A stretch of DNA of 64,000 bases from the NCBI RefSeq assembly GCF_009914755.1, contig NC_060933.1; one strand, 5' to 3'. The first letter of the stretch is position 1, and every line of letters begins with the position of its first letter. The notes under the pieces are model-generated. The model searched no databases and was not told the origin of the DNA. It saw only the letters and a list, made by a program, of their open reading frames with translations. Below are positions 14,520-26,823 of the stretch, piece after piece. The translations under genes were made by a program, and so were the position numbers. Source of the stretch: the human T2T-CHM13v2.0 reference genome, Homo sapiens.

Positions 14520-17500
14520 GGAATGGAATGGAATGGCATGGAATGGAATCAACGCGAGTGCAGGGGAATTGAATGGAATGGAATTCAATGGAATGGAATC
14601 TTCCGCAATGGAATGGAATGGAATGGAATGGAATGGAATCAACCCGAGTGCAATGGAATGGAGTGGAATGGAATGGAATGGAATAGAACAACCCGAATGG
14701 AATGGAATGTAATGGAGAGTAAGGGAGTTGAATAGAATCAATCCGAATGTAATGGAATGGAATGGAACGGAATGGAAAGGAATGGAATGGAATGCAATGG
14801 AATGGAATCAACCCGAGTTCAATGAAATGGAGAGGAATGGAATGGAATGGAATGGAAACTACCCGAATGGAATGGAATGTAATGGAGTGTAAGGGAATTG
14901 AATAGAATCAATCCGAATGTAATGGAATGGAATGGAACGGAATGGAATGGAATGGAATGGAATGGAATGGAATGGAATGCAATGGAATGGAATCAACCCG
15001 AGTGCAATCAAATGGAATCGAATGGAATGGAATGCAATGGAATGGATTCAACTTGAATGGAATGGAAAGAATGGAATCAACACGAGTGGAATGACATGGA
15101 TTGGAATGGAATGGAATGGAATCAACCCGAGTACAGGGGAATGGAATGGAATGGAATGCAATGGAATGGAATCATCCGTAATGGAATGGAAAGGAATGGA
15201 ATGGAATGGAATGGAATGGAATGGAATGGAATCAACTCGATTGCAATCGAATGGAATGGAATGGAATTAACCCGAATAGAATGGAATGGAATGGAATGGA
15301 ACGGAACGGAATGGAATGGAATGGAATGGAATGGAACGGAAAGGAAGGGAATGGAATGGAATAGAATGGAATGGAATGGAATCAAAGCGAGTGCAGGGGA
15401 ATGGAATGGAACGGAATGCAATGGAATGGAATCTTCCGGAATGGAATGCAATGGAGTGGAATGGAATGGAATCAACCCGAGTGCAGGGGAATGGAATGGA
15501 ATGGAATGCAATGGAATGGAATCATCCGGAATGGAATGGAATGGAATGGAATGGAATGGAATGGAATGGAATCAACCCGAGTGCGATGGAATGGAGTGGA
15601 ATGGAATGGAATGGAATGGAACAACCCGAATGGAATGGAATGTAATGGAGAGTAAGGGAGTTGAATAGAATCAATTCGAATGTAATGGAATGGAATGCAA
15701 CGGAATGGAATGGAATGGAATGGAATGGAAGGCAATGGAATGGAATCAACCTGAGTACAATGGAATGGAATGGAATTTAATGGAATGGAATGGAATGGAA
15801 TGATACGGAATAGAATGGAATGGAACGAACTGGAATGGAATGGAATGGAATGGAATGGAATGGAATGGAATGGAATGGAATCGTTCCGAGTGGAATAGGA
15901 GGGAATGTATTCGAGTGGAATGGAAAGGAATGGAATCAACAAGAGTGGAATGGAAGGGAATGGAATGGAATGGAAACTAATAGAATGGAATCAACCCGAG
16001 TGGAATGGAATGGAAAGGACTGGAATGGAATGGAATGGAATGGAATCAACTCGATTGTAATGGAATGGAATGGAATGGAATGGAATGGAATGGAATTAAC
16101 CCGAATAAAATGGAAGGGAATGGAATGGAATGGAAACTAATAGAATGGAATCAACCCGAGTGGAATGGAATGGAAAGGACTGGAATGGAATGGAATGGAA
16201 TGGAATCAACTCGATTGTAATGGAATGGAATGGAATGGAATGGAATGGAATGGAATGGAATGGAATTAACCCGAATACAATGGAATGGAATGGAAAGGAA
16301 TGGAATGGAGGGGAATGGAATGGAATCAACCCGAGTGCAGGGGAATGGAATGGAATGGAATGCAATGGAATGGAATCATCCGGAATGGAATGGAATGGAA
16401 TGGAATGCAAAGCAATGGAATCAACTCGATTGCAGTGGAATGGAATGGAATGGAAAGGAATACATTGGAATCAACCTGAGTGGAATGAATGGAAAGGACT
16501 GGAATGGAGTGGAATGGAATGGAATGCAATGGAATGGAATGGAATGGAATCAACTTGATTGGAATGGAATGGAATGGAATGGAATGGAATGGAATCAACC
16601 CGACTGCAGGGGAATGGAATGGAATGGAATGCAATGGAATGGATTCAACTTGAATGGAATGGAAAGAATGGAATCAACACGAGTGGAATGGCATGGATTG
16701 GAATGGAATGGAATGGAATCAACCCGAGTACAGGGGAATGGAATGGAATGGAATGCAATGGAATGGAATCATCCGTAATGGAATGGAAAGGAATGGAATG
16801 GAATGGAATGGAATGGAATGGAATGGAATGGAATGGAATGGAATCAACTCGATTGCAATCGAATGGAATGGAATGGAATTAACCCAAATAGAATGGAATG
16901 GAATGGAATGGAATGGAACGGAATGGAACGGAATGGAATGGAATGGAATGGAATGGAATGGTATGGAATGGAATGGAATGGTACGGAATAGAATGGAATG
17001 GAACGAATTGTAATGGAATGGAATTGAATGGAATGGAATGGAATGGAATGGATTGGAATGGATTGCAATGGAATGAAATGGAATGGAATGGAATGGAATC
17101 AATCATGGAAGGGAATGTAATGGAGTGTAAAGAAGGGAATGGAATCAACCCGAGTGGAATGCAAGGCAATGGAATGGAATGGAAAGGAATGGAATGGAAT
17201 CAACTAGATTGTAATGGAATGGAATGGAATGGAATGGAATGGAATGGAATTAACCGGAATAGAATGGAATGGAATGGAATGGAACGGAATGGAATGGAAT
17301 GGAAGGGAATGGAATCAACACGAGTGCAGGGGAATGGAATGGAATGGAATGCAATGGAATGGAATCATCCGGAATGGAATGGAATGGAATGGAATCAACT
17401 CCATTGCAATGGAATGGAATGGAATGGAATGGAATAGAATGGAATGGAATTAACCCGAATAGAATCGAATGCAATAGAATGGAATGCAACGGAACCGAAT

Positions 17501-20500
17501 GGAGTGGAATGGAATGGAATGGAATCTACCCGAGTACAGGGGAATGGAATGGAATGGAATGCAATGGAATGGAGTCATCCGTAATGGAATGGAAAGGAAT
17601 GGAATGGAATGGAATGGAATGGAATGGAATGGAATGGAATCCACTCAATGGCAATCGAATGGAATGGAATGGAATTAACCCGAATAGAATGGAATGGAAT
17701 GGAATGGAACGGAACGGAATGGAATGGAATGGAATGGAATGGAATGGAACGCAACGGAATGGAATGGAATGGAATGGAATGGAATCAACGCGAGTGCAGG
17801 GGAATGGAATGGAATGGAATGCAATGGAATGGAATCTTCCGGAATGGAATGGAATGGAATGAAATGCAGTCGATTCAACTCGATTGCAATGGAATGGAAT
17901 AGAATGGAATGGAATAGAATGGAATGGAATTAACCCGAATAGAATGGAATGGAATGGAACGGAATGGAACGGAAGGGAATGGAATGGAATGGAATGGAAT
18001 GGTATGGAATGGAATGGAATGGTACGGAATAGAATGGAATGGAACGAATTCTAATGCAATGGAATTGAATTGAATGGAATGGAATGGAATGGAATCAACG
18101 CGAGTGCAGGGGAATGTAATGGAACGGAATGCAATGGAATGGAATCATCCGGAATGGAATGGAATGGAAAGGAATGGAATGGAATGGAATCAACACGAGT
18201 GCAATGGAATGGAGTGGAATGGAATGGAATGGAATGGAACAACCCGAATGGAATGGAATGTAATGGACAGTAAGGGAGTTGAATAGAATCAATCCGAATG
18301 TAATGGAATGGAATGCAACGGAATGGAATGGAATGGAATGGAATGGAATGGAATGGAATGCAAAGGAATGGAATCAACCCGAGTGGAATGGCATGGAATG
18401 GAATGCAATTGAATGGAATGGAATGGAATCAACTCGAGTGGAAAGGAATGGAATGGAATGGAAAGGAATGGAATGAAGTCAACTCGAGTGGAATGGAATG
18501 GAATGGAATGGATTGGAATGGATTGCAATGGAATGAAATGGAATGGAATGGAATGGAATCAATCATTCCGAGTGGAATGGAAGGGAATGTAATAGAGTGG
18601 AAAGAAGGGAATGGAATCAACCCGAGTGGAATGCAAGGCAATGGAATGGAATGGAAAGGAATGGAATGGAATCAACTCGATTGCAATGGAATGGAATGGA
18701 ATGGAATGGAATTAACCGGAATAGAATGGAATGGAATGGAATGGAACGGAATGGAATGGAAGGGAAGGGAATGGAATCAACACGAGTGCAGGGGAATGGA
18801 ATGGAATGGAATGCAATGGAATGGAATCATCCGGAATGGAATGGAATGGAATGGAATCAACTCCATTGCAATGGAATGGAATGGAATGGAATGGAATAGA
18901 ATGGAATGGAATTAAACCGAATAGAATGGAATCCAATATAATGGAATGCAACGGAACCGAATGGAGTGGAATGGAATGGAATGGAATGGAATGGAATGGA
19001 ATGGAATCAACTCGATGGCAATCGAATGGAATGGAATGGAATTAACCCGAATAGAATGGAATGGAATGGAATGGAACGGAACGGAATGGAATGGAATGGA
19101 ATGGAATGGAATGGAATGGAATGGAACGGAACGGAATGGAATGGAATGGAATGGAATGGAATCAACGCGACTGCAGGGGAATGGAATGGAATGGAATGCA
19201 ATGCAATGGAATCTTCCGGAATGGAATGGAATGGAATGAAAGGCAATGGATTCAACTCGATGGCAATGGAATGGAATAGAATGGAATGGAATGGAATGGA
19301 ATGGAATGGAATTGAATGGAATGGAATGCCTTCAAACCGAATGGAATGGAAAGGAATGGAATCAACACGAGTGGAAAGGAATGGAATGGAAAGGAATGGA
19401 ATAGAATGGAATGGTATGGAATAGAATGGAATCGAACGAACTGGAATGGAATGGAATGGAATGGAATGGAATGGAATCGTTCCGAGTGGAATAGGAGGGA
19501 ATGTATTCGAGTGGAATGGAAAGGAATGGAATCAACCAGAGTGGAATGGAAGGGAATGGAATGGAATGGAAACTAATAGAATGGAATCAACCCGAGTGGA
19601 AAGGAATGGAAAGGACTGGAATGGAATGGAATGGAATGGAATGGAATGGAATGGAACCAACTCGATTGTAATGGAATGGAATGGAATGGAATGGAATGGA
19701 ATGGAATGGAATGGAATTAACCCGAATACAATGGAATGGAATGGAATGGAACGGAATGGAGTGGAATGGAATGGAATCAACCCGAGTGCAAGGGAATGGA
19801 ATGGAATGGAATGCAATGGAATGGAATCATCCGGAATGGAATGGAAAGGAATGGAATGCAAAGCAATGGAATCAACTCGATTGCAATGGAATGGAATGGA
19901 ATGGAAAGGAATAGAATTGAATCAACCCGAGTGTAATGGAATGGAAAGGACTGGAATGGAGTGGAATGGAATGGAATGGAATGGAATGGAATCAACTCGA
20001 TTGGAATGGAATCTAATGGAATTGAATGGAATGGAATGGAATGGAATTAACCCGAATAGAATGGAATGGAATGGAATGGAACGGAATGGAATGGAATGGA
20101 ATGGAATGGAATGGAATGGAATCAACCCGACTGCAGGGGAATGGAATGGAATGGAATGGAATGGAATGGAATGGAATGGAATGGAATGGAATGGAATCAT
20201 CCGGAACGGAATGGAATGGAATGGAATGGAATCAACTTGATTGCAATGGAATGGAATGGAATGGAATGGAATGGAATGGAATGGAATGGAATTAACCGGA
20301 ATAGAATGGAATGGAATGGAATGGAACGGAATGGAATGGAATGGAATGGAATGGAATCAACCCGAGTGCAGTGGAATGTAAGGGAGAGTAAGGGAGTTGA
20401 ATAGAATCAATCCGAATGTAATGGAATGGAATGCAACGGAATGGAATGGAATGGAATGGAATGGAATGGAATGGAATGGAATGGAATGGAATTAACCCGA

Positions 20501-23500
20501 ATAAAATGGAATGGAATGGAATGGAACGGAATGGAGTGGAATGGAATGGAATCAACCCGAGTGCAGGGGAATGGAATGGAATGGAATGCAATGGAATGGA
20601 ATCATCCGGAATGGAATGGAATGGAATGGAATGCAATCAACCTGATGCAATGGAATGGAGTGGAATGGAATGGAATGGAATGGAAACATCCCGAATGGAA
20701 TGGAATATAATGGAGTGTAAGGGAATTGAATAGAATCAATCCGAATGTAATGGAATTTAATGGAATGAAATGGAATGGAATGGAATGGAATGGAATCAAC
20801 CCGAGTGCAATGGAATGGATTCGAATGGAATGGAATGGAATGGAATGGATTCAACAAGAATGGAATGGAAAGGAATGGAATCAACCCGAGTGTAATGGCA
20901 TGGAATGGAACGGAATGGAATGGGATGGAATGGAATGGTATGGAATAGAATGGAATGGAATGAAATGGAATGGAATGGAATGGAATGGAATGGAATGGAA
21001 TGGAATGGAATGGAATCGAATGAACTCGTGTGCAATGGAATGGAATGGAATGGATTCATCTCGAATGGAATCAACTCGATTGCAATGGAATGGAATGGAA
21101 TTGAAAGGAATAGAATGGAATCATCCCGAGTGGAATGGAATGGAAAGGACTGGAATGGAGTGGAATGGAATGGAATGGAATTAACCCGAATAGAATGAAA
21201 TGGAACGGAATGGAATGGAATGTAATGGAATGGAATGGAATGGAATCAACCCGAGTGCAGGGGAATGGAATGGAATGGAATGCAATGGAATGGAATCATC
21301 CGGAATGGAAAGGAATGGAATGGAATGGAATGGAATGGAATGGAATGGAATGGAATCAACTCGATTTCAATGGAATGGAATGGAATAGAATGGAATGGAA
21401 TTAACACGAATAGAATGGAATGGAATGGAATTGAATGGAACAGAAAGGAATGGAATGGAATGGAATGGAATCAACCCAAGTGCAGGGGAATGGAATGGAA
21501 TGGAATTCAATGGAATGGAATCATCCGGAATGGAATGGAATGGAATGGAATGGAATGGAATGGAATGGAATCAACCCGAGTGCAATGGAATGGAGAGGAA
21601 TGGAATGGAATGGAATGGAAACTACACGAATCGAATGGAATGTAATGGAGTGTAAGGGAATTGAATAGAATGAATCCGAATGGAATGGAATGGAATGGAA
21701 TCAACGCGAGTGCAGGGGAATGGAATGTAATGGAATGCAATGAAATGGAATCTTCCGGAATGGAATGGAATGGAATGGAATGCAATGGATTCAACTCGAT
21801 TGCAATGGAATGGAATAGAATGGAATGGAATGGAATGGAATGGAATTAACCCGAATAGAATGGAATGGAATGGAACGGAATGGAACGGAACGGAATGGAA
21901 TGGAATGGAATGGAATGGAATGGAATGGAATGGAATGGTGGGGAATGGAATGGAATGGAATGGAATCAACGCGAGTGCAGGGGAATGTAATGGAAAAGAA
22001 TGTAATGGAATGGAATCATCCGGAACGGAATGGAATGGAATGGAATGGAATGGAATCAACCCGAGTGCAATGGAATGGAGGGGAATGGAATGGAATGGAA
22101 TGGAACAACCCGAATGGAATGGAATGTAATGGAGAGTAAGGGAGTTGAATAGAATCAATCCGAATGTAATGGAATGGAATGGAACGGAATGGAATGGAAT
22201 GGAATGGAATGCAATTGAATGGAATCAACCCGAGTACAATGGAATGGAATGGAATGGAATGGAATGGAATGGAATGGAATGGCTTCAAACCGAATGGAAT
22301 GGAAAGGAATGGAATCAACACGAGTGGAATGGAATTGAATGGAATGGAATGCAATCGAATGGAATGGAATGGTATGGAATAGAATGGAATGGAAAGAAAT
22401 GGAATGGAATGGAATGGAATGGAATTTAATGGAATCGTTCCGAGTGCAATAGGAGGGAATGTATTCGAGTGGATTGGAAAGGAATGGAATCAACCAGAGT
22501 GGAATGGAAGGGAATGGAATGGAATGGAAACTAATAGAATGGAATCAACCCGAGTGGAATGGAATGGAAAGGACTGGAATGGAATGGAATGGAATGGAAT
22601 GGAATGGAATGGAATTAACCCAAATACAATGGAATGGAATGGAATGGAACGGAATGGAGTGGAATGGAATGGAATCAACCCGAGTGCAGGGGAATGGAAT
22701 GGAATGGAATGGAATGCAATGGAATGGAATCATCCGGAATGGAATGGAATGGAATGGAATGCAAAGCAATGGAATCAACTCGATTGCAATGGAATGGAAT
22801 GGACTGGAAAGGAATACATTGGAATCAACCCGAGTGGAATGGAATGGAAAGGACTGGAATGGAGTGGAATGGAATGGAATGGAATGGAATGGAATCAACT
22901 CGATTGGAATGGAATGGAATGGAATGGAATGGAATGGAATTAACCCGAATAGAATGGAATGGAATTAAATGGAACGGAACAGAATGAAATGGAATGGAAT
23001 GGAATGGAATGGAATGGAATCAACCCGACTGCAGGGGAATGGAATGGAATGGAATGCAATGGAATGGATTCAACTTGAATGGAATGGAAAGAATGGAATC
23101 AACACGAGTGGAATGGCATGGATTGGAATGGAATGGAATGGAATGAACCCGAGTACAGGGGAATGGAATGGAATGGAATGCAATGGAATGGAATCATCAG
23201 TAATGGAATGGAAAGGAATGGAATGGAATGGAATGGAATGGAATGGAATGGAATGGAATCAACTCGATTGCAATCGAATGGAATGGAATGGAATTAACCC
23301 GAATAGAATGGAATGGAATGGAATGGAACGGAACGGAACGGAACGGAATGGAATGGAATGGAATGGAATGGAATGGAACGGAAAGGAATGGAATGGAATG
23401 GAATGGAATGGAATCAACGCGAGTGCAGGGGAATGGAATGTAATGGAATGCAATGGAATGGAATCTTCCGGAATGGAATGGAATGGAATGGAATGGAATC

Positions 23501-26500
23501 AACCCGAGTGCAATGGAATGGAGTGGAATGGAATGGAATGGAATGGAACAACCCGAATGGAATGGAATGTAATGGAGAGTAAGGGAGTTGAATAGAATCA
23601 TTCCGAATGTAATGGAATGGAATGGAACGGAATGGAATTCAATGGAATGGAATGGAATGCAATGGAATGGAATCAACCCGAGTGCAATGGAATGGAGAGG
23701 AATGGAATGGAATGGAATGGAAACTACCAGAATGGAATGGAATGTAATGGAGTGTAAGGGAATTGAATAGAATCAATCTGAATGTAATGGAATGGAATGG
23801 AACGGAATGGAATGGAATGGAATGGAATGGAATGGAATGGAATGGAATCAACAAGAGTGCAATCGAATGGAATCGAATGGAATGCAATGCAATGGAATGG
23901 ATTCAACTTGAATGGAATGGAAAGAATGGAATCAACACGAGTGGAATGGCATGGATTGGAATGGAATGGAATGGAATCAACCCGAGTACAGGGGAATGGA
24001 ATGGAATGGAATGCAATGGAATGGAATCATCCGTAATGGAATGGAAAGGAATGGAATGGAATGGAATGGAATGGAATCAACTCGATTGCAATCGAATGGA
24101 ATGGAATGGAATTAACCCAAATAGAATGGAATGGAATGGAATGGAACGGAACAGGAATGGAATGGAATGGAATGGAATGGAATGGAACGGAACGGAACGG
24201 AATGGAATGGAATGGAATGGAACGGAATGGCATGGAATCAACGCGAGTGTAGGGGAATGGAATGGAATGGAATGCAATGGAATGGAATCTTCCGGAATGG
24301 AATGGAATGGAATGGAATGAAATGCAATGGATTCAACTCGATTGCAATGGAATGGAATAGAATGGAATGGAATGGAATGGAATGGAATTAACCCGAATAG
24401 AATGGAATGGAATGGAATGGAACGGAATGGAACGGAATGGAATGGAATGGAATGGAATGGAATGGAATGGAATGGAATGGAACGGAATGGTATGGAATGG
24501 AATGGAATAGTACGGAATAGAATGGAATGGAAAGAATTGTAATGGAATGGAATTGAATGGAATGGAATGGAATGGAATGGAATCAACGCGCGTGCAGGGG
24601 AATGTAATGGAACGGAATGCAATGGAATGGAATCATCCGGAATGGAATGGAATGGAATGGAATGGAATCAACCCGAGTGCAATGGAATGGAGTGGAATGG
24701 AATGGAATGGAATGGAACAACCCGAATGGAATGGAATGGAATGGAGAGTAAGGGAGTTGAATAGAATCAATCCGAATGTAATGGAATGGAATGCAACGGA
24801 ATGGAATGGAATGGAATGGAATGGAATGCAATGGAATGGAATCAACCCGAGTACAATGGAATGGAATGGAATGGAATGGAATGGAATGGAATGGAATGGA
24901 TTGGAATGCCTTCAAACCGAATGGAATGGAAAGGAATGGAATCAACACGAGTGGAATGGAATGGAATGGAAAGGAATAGAATGGAATGGAATGGTACGGA
25001 ATAGAATGGAATGGAACGAAATGGAATGGAATGGAATGGAATAGAATGGAATCGTTCAGAGTGGAATAGGAGGGAACGTATTCGAGTGGAATGGAAAGGA
25101 ATGGAATCAACCAGAGTGGAATGGAAGGGAATGGAATGGAATGGAAACTAATAGAATGGAATCAACCCGAGTGGAATGGAATGGAAATGACTGGAATGGA
25201 ATGGAATGGAATGGAATGGAATGGAATCAACTCGATTGTAATGGATTGGAATGGAATGGAATTGAAGGGAATGGAATGGAATTAACCCGAATACAACGGA
25301 ATGGAATGGAATGGAACGGAATGGAGTGGAATGGAATGGAATCAACCCGAGTGCAGGGGAATGGAATGGAATGGAATGCAATGGAATGGAATCATCCGGA
25401 ATGGAATGGAATGGAATGGAATGCAAAGCAATGGAATCAACTCGATTGCAATGGAATGGAATGGAATGGAAAGGAATACATTGGAATCAACCCGAGTGGA
25501 ATGGAATGGAAAGGACTGGAATGGAGTGGAATGGAATGGAATGGAATGGAATGGAATCAACTCGATTGGAATGGAATGGAATGGAATGGAATGGAATGGA
25601 ATGGAATGGAATTAACCCGAATAGAATGGAATGGAATTAAATGGAAAGGAACGGAATGGAATGGAATGGAATGGAATGGAATGGAATGGAATCAACCCGA
25701 CTGAAGGGGAATGGAATGGAATGGAATGCAATGGAATGGACTCAACTTGAATGGAATGGAAAGAATGGAATCAACAAGAGTGGAATGGCATGGATTGCAA
25801 TGGAATGGAATGGAATCAACCCGAGTACAGGGGAATGGAATGGAATGGAATGCAATGGAATGGAATCATCCGTAATGGAATGGAAAGGAAAGGAATGGAA
25901 TGGAATCAACTCGATTGCAATCGCATGGAATGGAATGGAATGTAATGGAAAGGAATGGAATGGAATGAAATGGGATGGAATGGAATGCAATGGAATGGAA
26001 TCAACCCGAGTGCAATCGAATGGAATCGAATGGAATGGAATGCAATGGAATGGATTCAACTTGAATGGAATGGAAAGAATGGAATCAACACGAGTGGAAT
26101 GGCATGGATTGGAATGGAATGGAATGGAATCAACCCGAGTACAGGGGAATGGAATGGAATGGAATGCAATGGAATGGAATCATCCGTAATGGAAAGGAAA
26201 GAAATGGAATGGAATGGAATGGAATGGAATGGAATGGAATCAACTCGATTGCAATCGAATGGAATGGAATGGAATTAACCCGAATAGAATGGAATGGAAT
26301 GGAATGGAACGGAACGGAACGGAATGGAATGGAATGGAATGGAATGGAATGGAACGGAAAGGAATGGAATGGAATGGAATGGAATCAACGCGCGTGCAGG
26401 GGAATGGAATGTAATGGAATGGAATCTTCCGGAATGGAATGGAATGGAATGGAATCAACCCGAGTGCAATGGAATGGAGTGGAATGGAATGGAATGGAAT

Positions 26501-26795
26501 GGAACAACCTGAATGGAATCGAATGTAATGGAGAGTAAGGGAGTTGAATAGAATCAATCCGAATGTAATGGAATGGAATGGAACGGAATGGAATTGAATG
26601 GAATGGAATGGAATGCAATGGAATGGAATCAACCCGAGTGCAATGGAATGGAGAGGAGGGGAATGGAATGGAGTGGAAACTACCCGAATGGAATGGAATG
26701 TAATGGAGTGTAAGGGAATTGAATAGAATCAATCCGAATGTAATGGAATGGAATGGAACGGAATGGAATGGAATGGAATGGAATGGAAAGAAGGG

Positions 26796-26823
26796 AATGG
26801 AATCAACCCGAGTTGATTCCATT
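26796..26823. other. Satellite strand-switch (inversion) breakpoint, quasi-palindrome AATGGAATCAAC-CCGA-GTTGATTCCATT
   Basis: Read directly at 26791-26830 (aagggaatggaatcaacccgagttgattccattgctttgc): 12-bp perfect inverted arms at 26796-26807 and 26812-26823 around a 4-nt spacer; pentamer polarity flips here and nowhere else that I can see. Confidence 0.95.

Larger units (their letters stand above)
1..26811 (+). repeat. Satellite III (HSat3-type) array, left arm, (GGAAT)n on + strand
   Basis: Continuous GGAAT pentamers with the diagnostic satellite III decamer CAACCCGAGT/CAACCCGAAT and related variants throughout; the + strand is purine-rich; no unique sequence. Confidence 0.97.
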
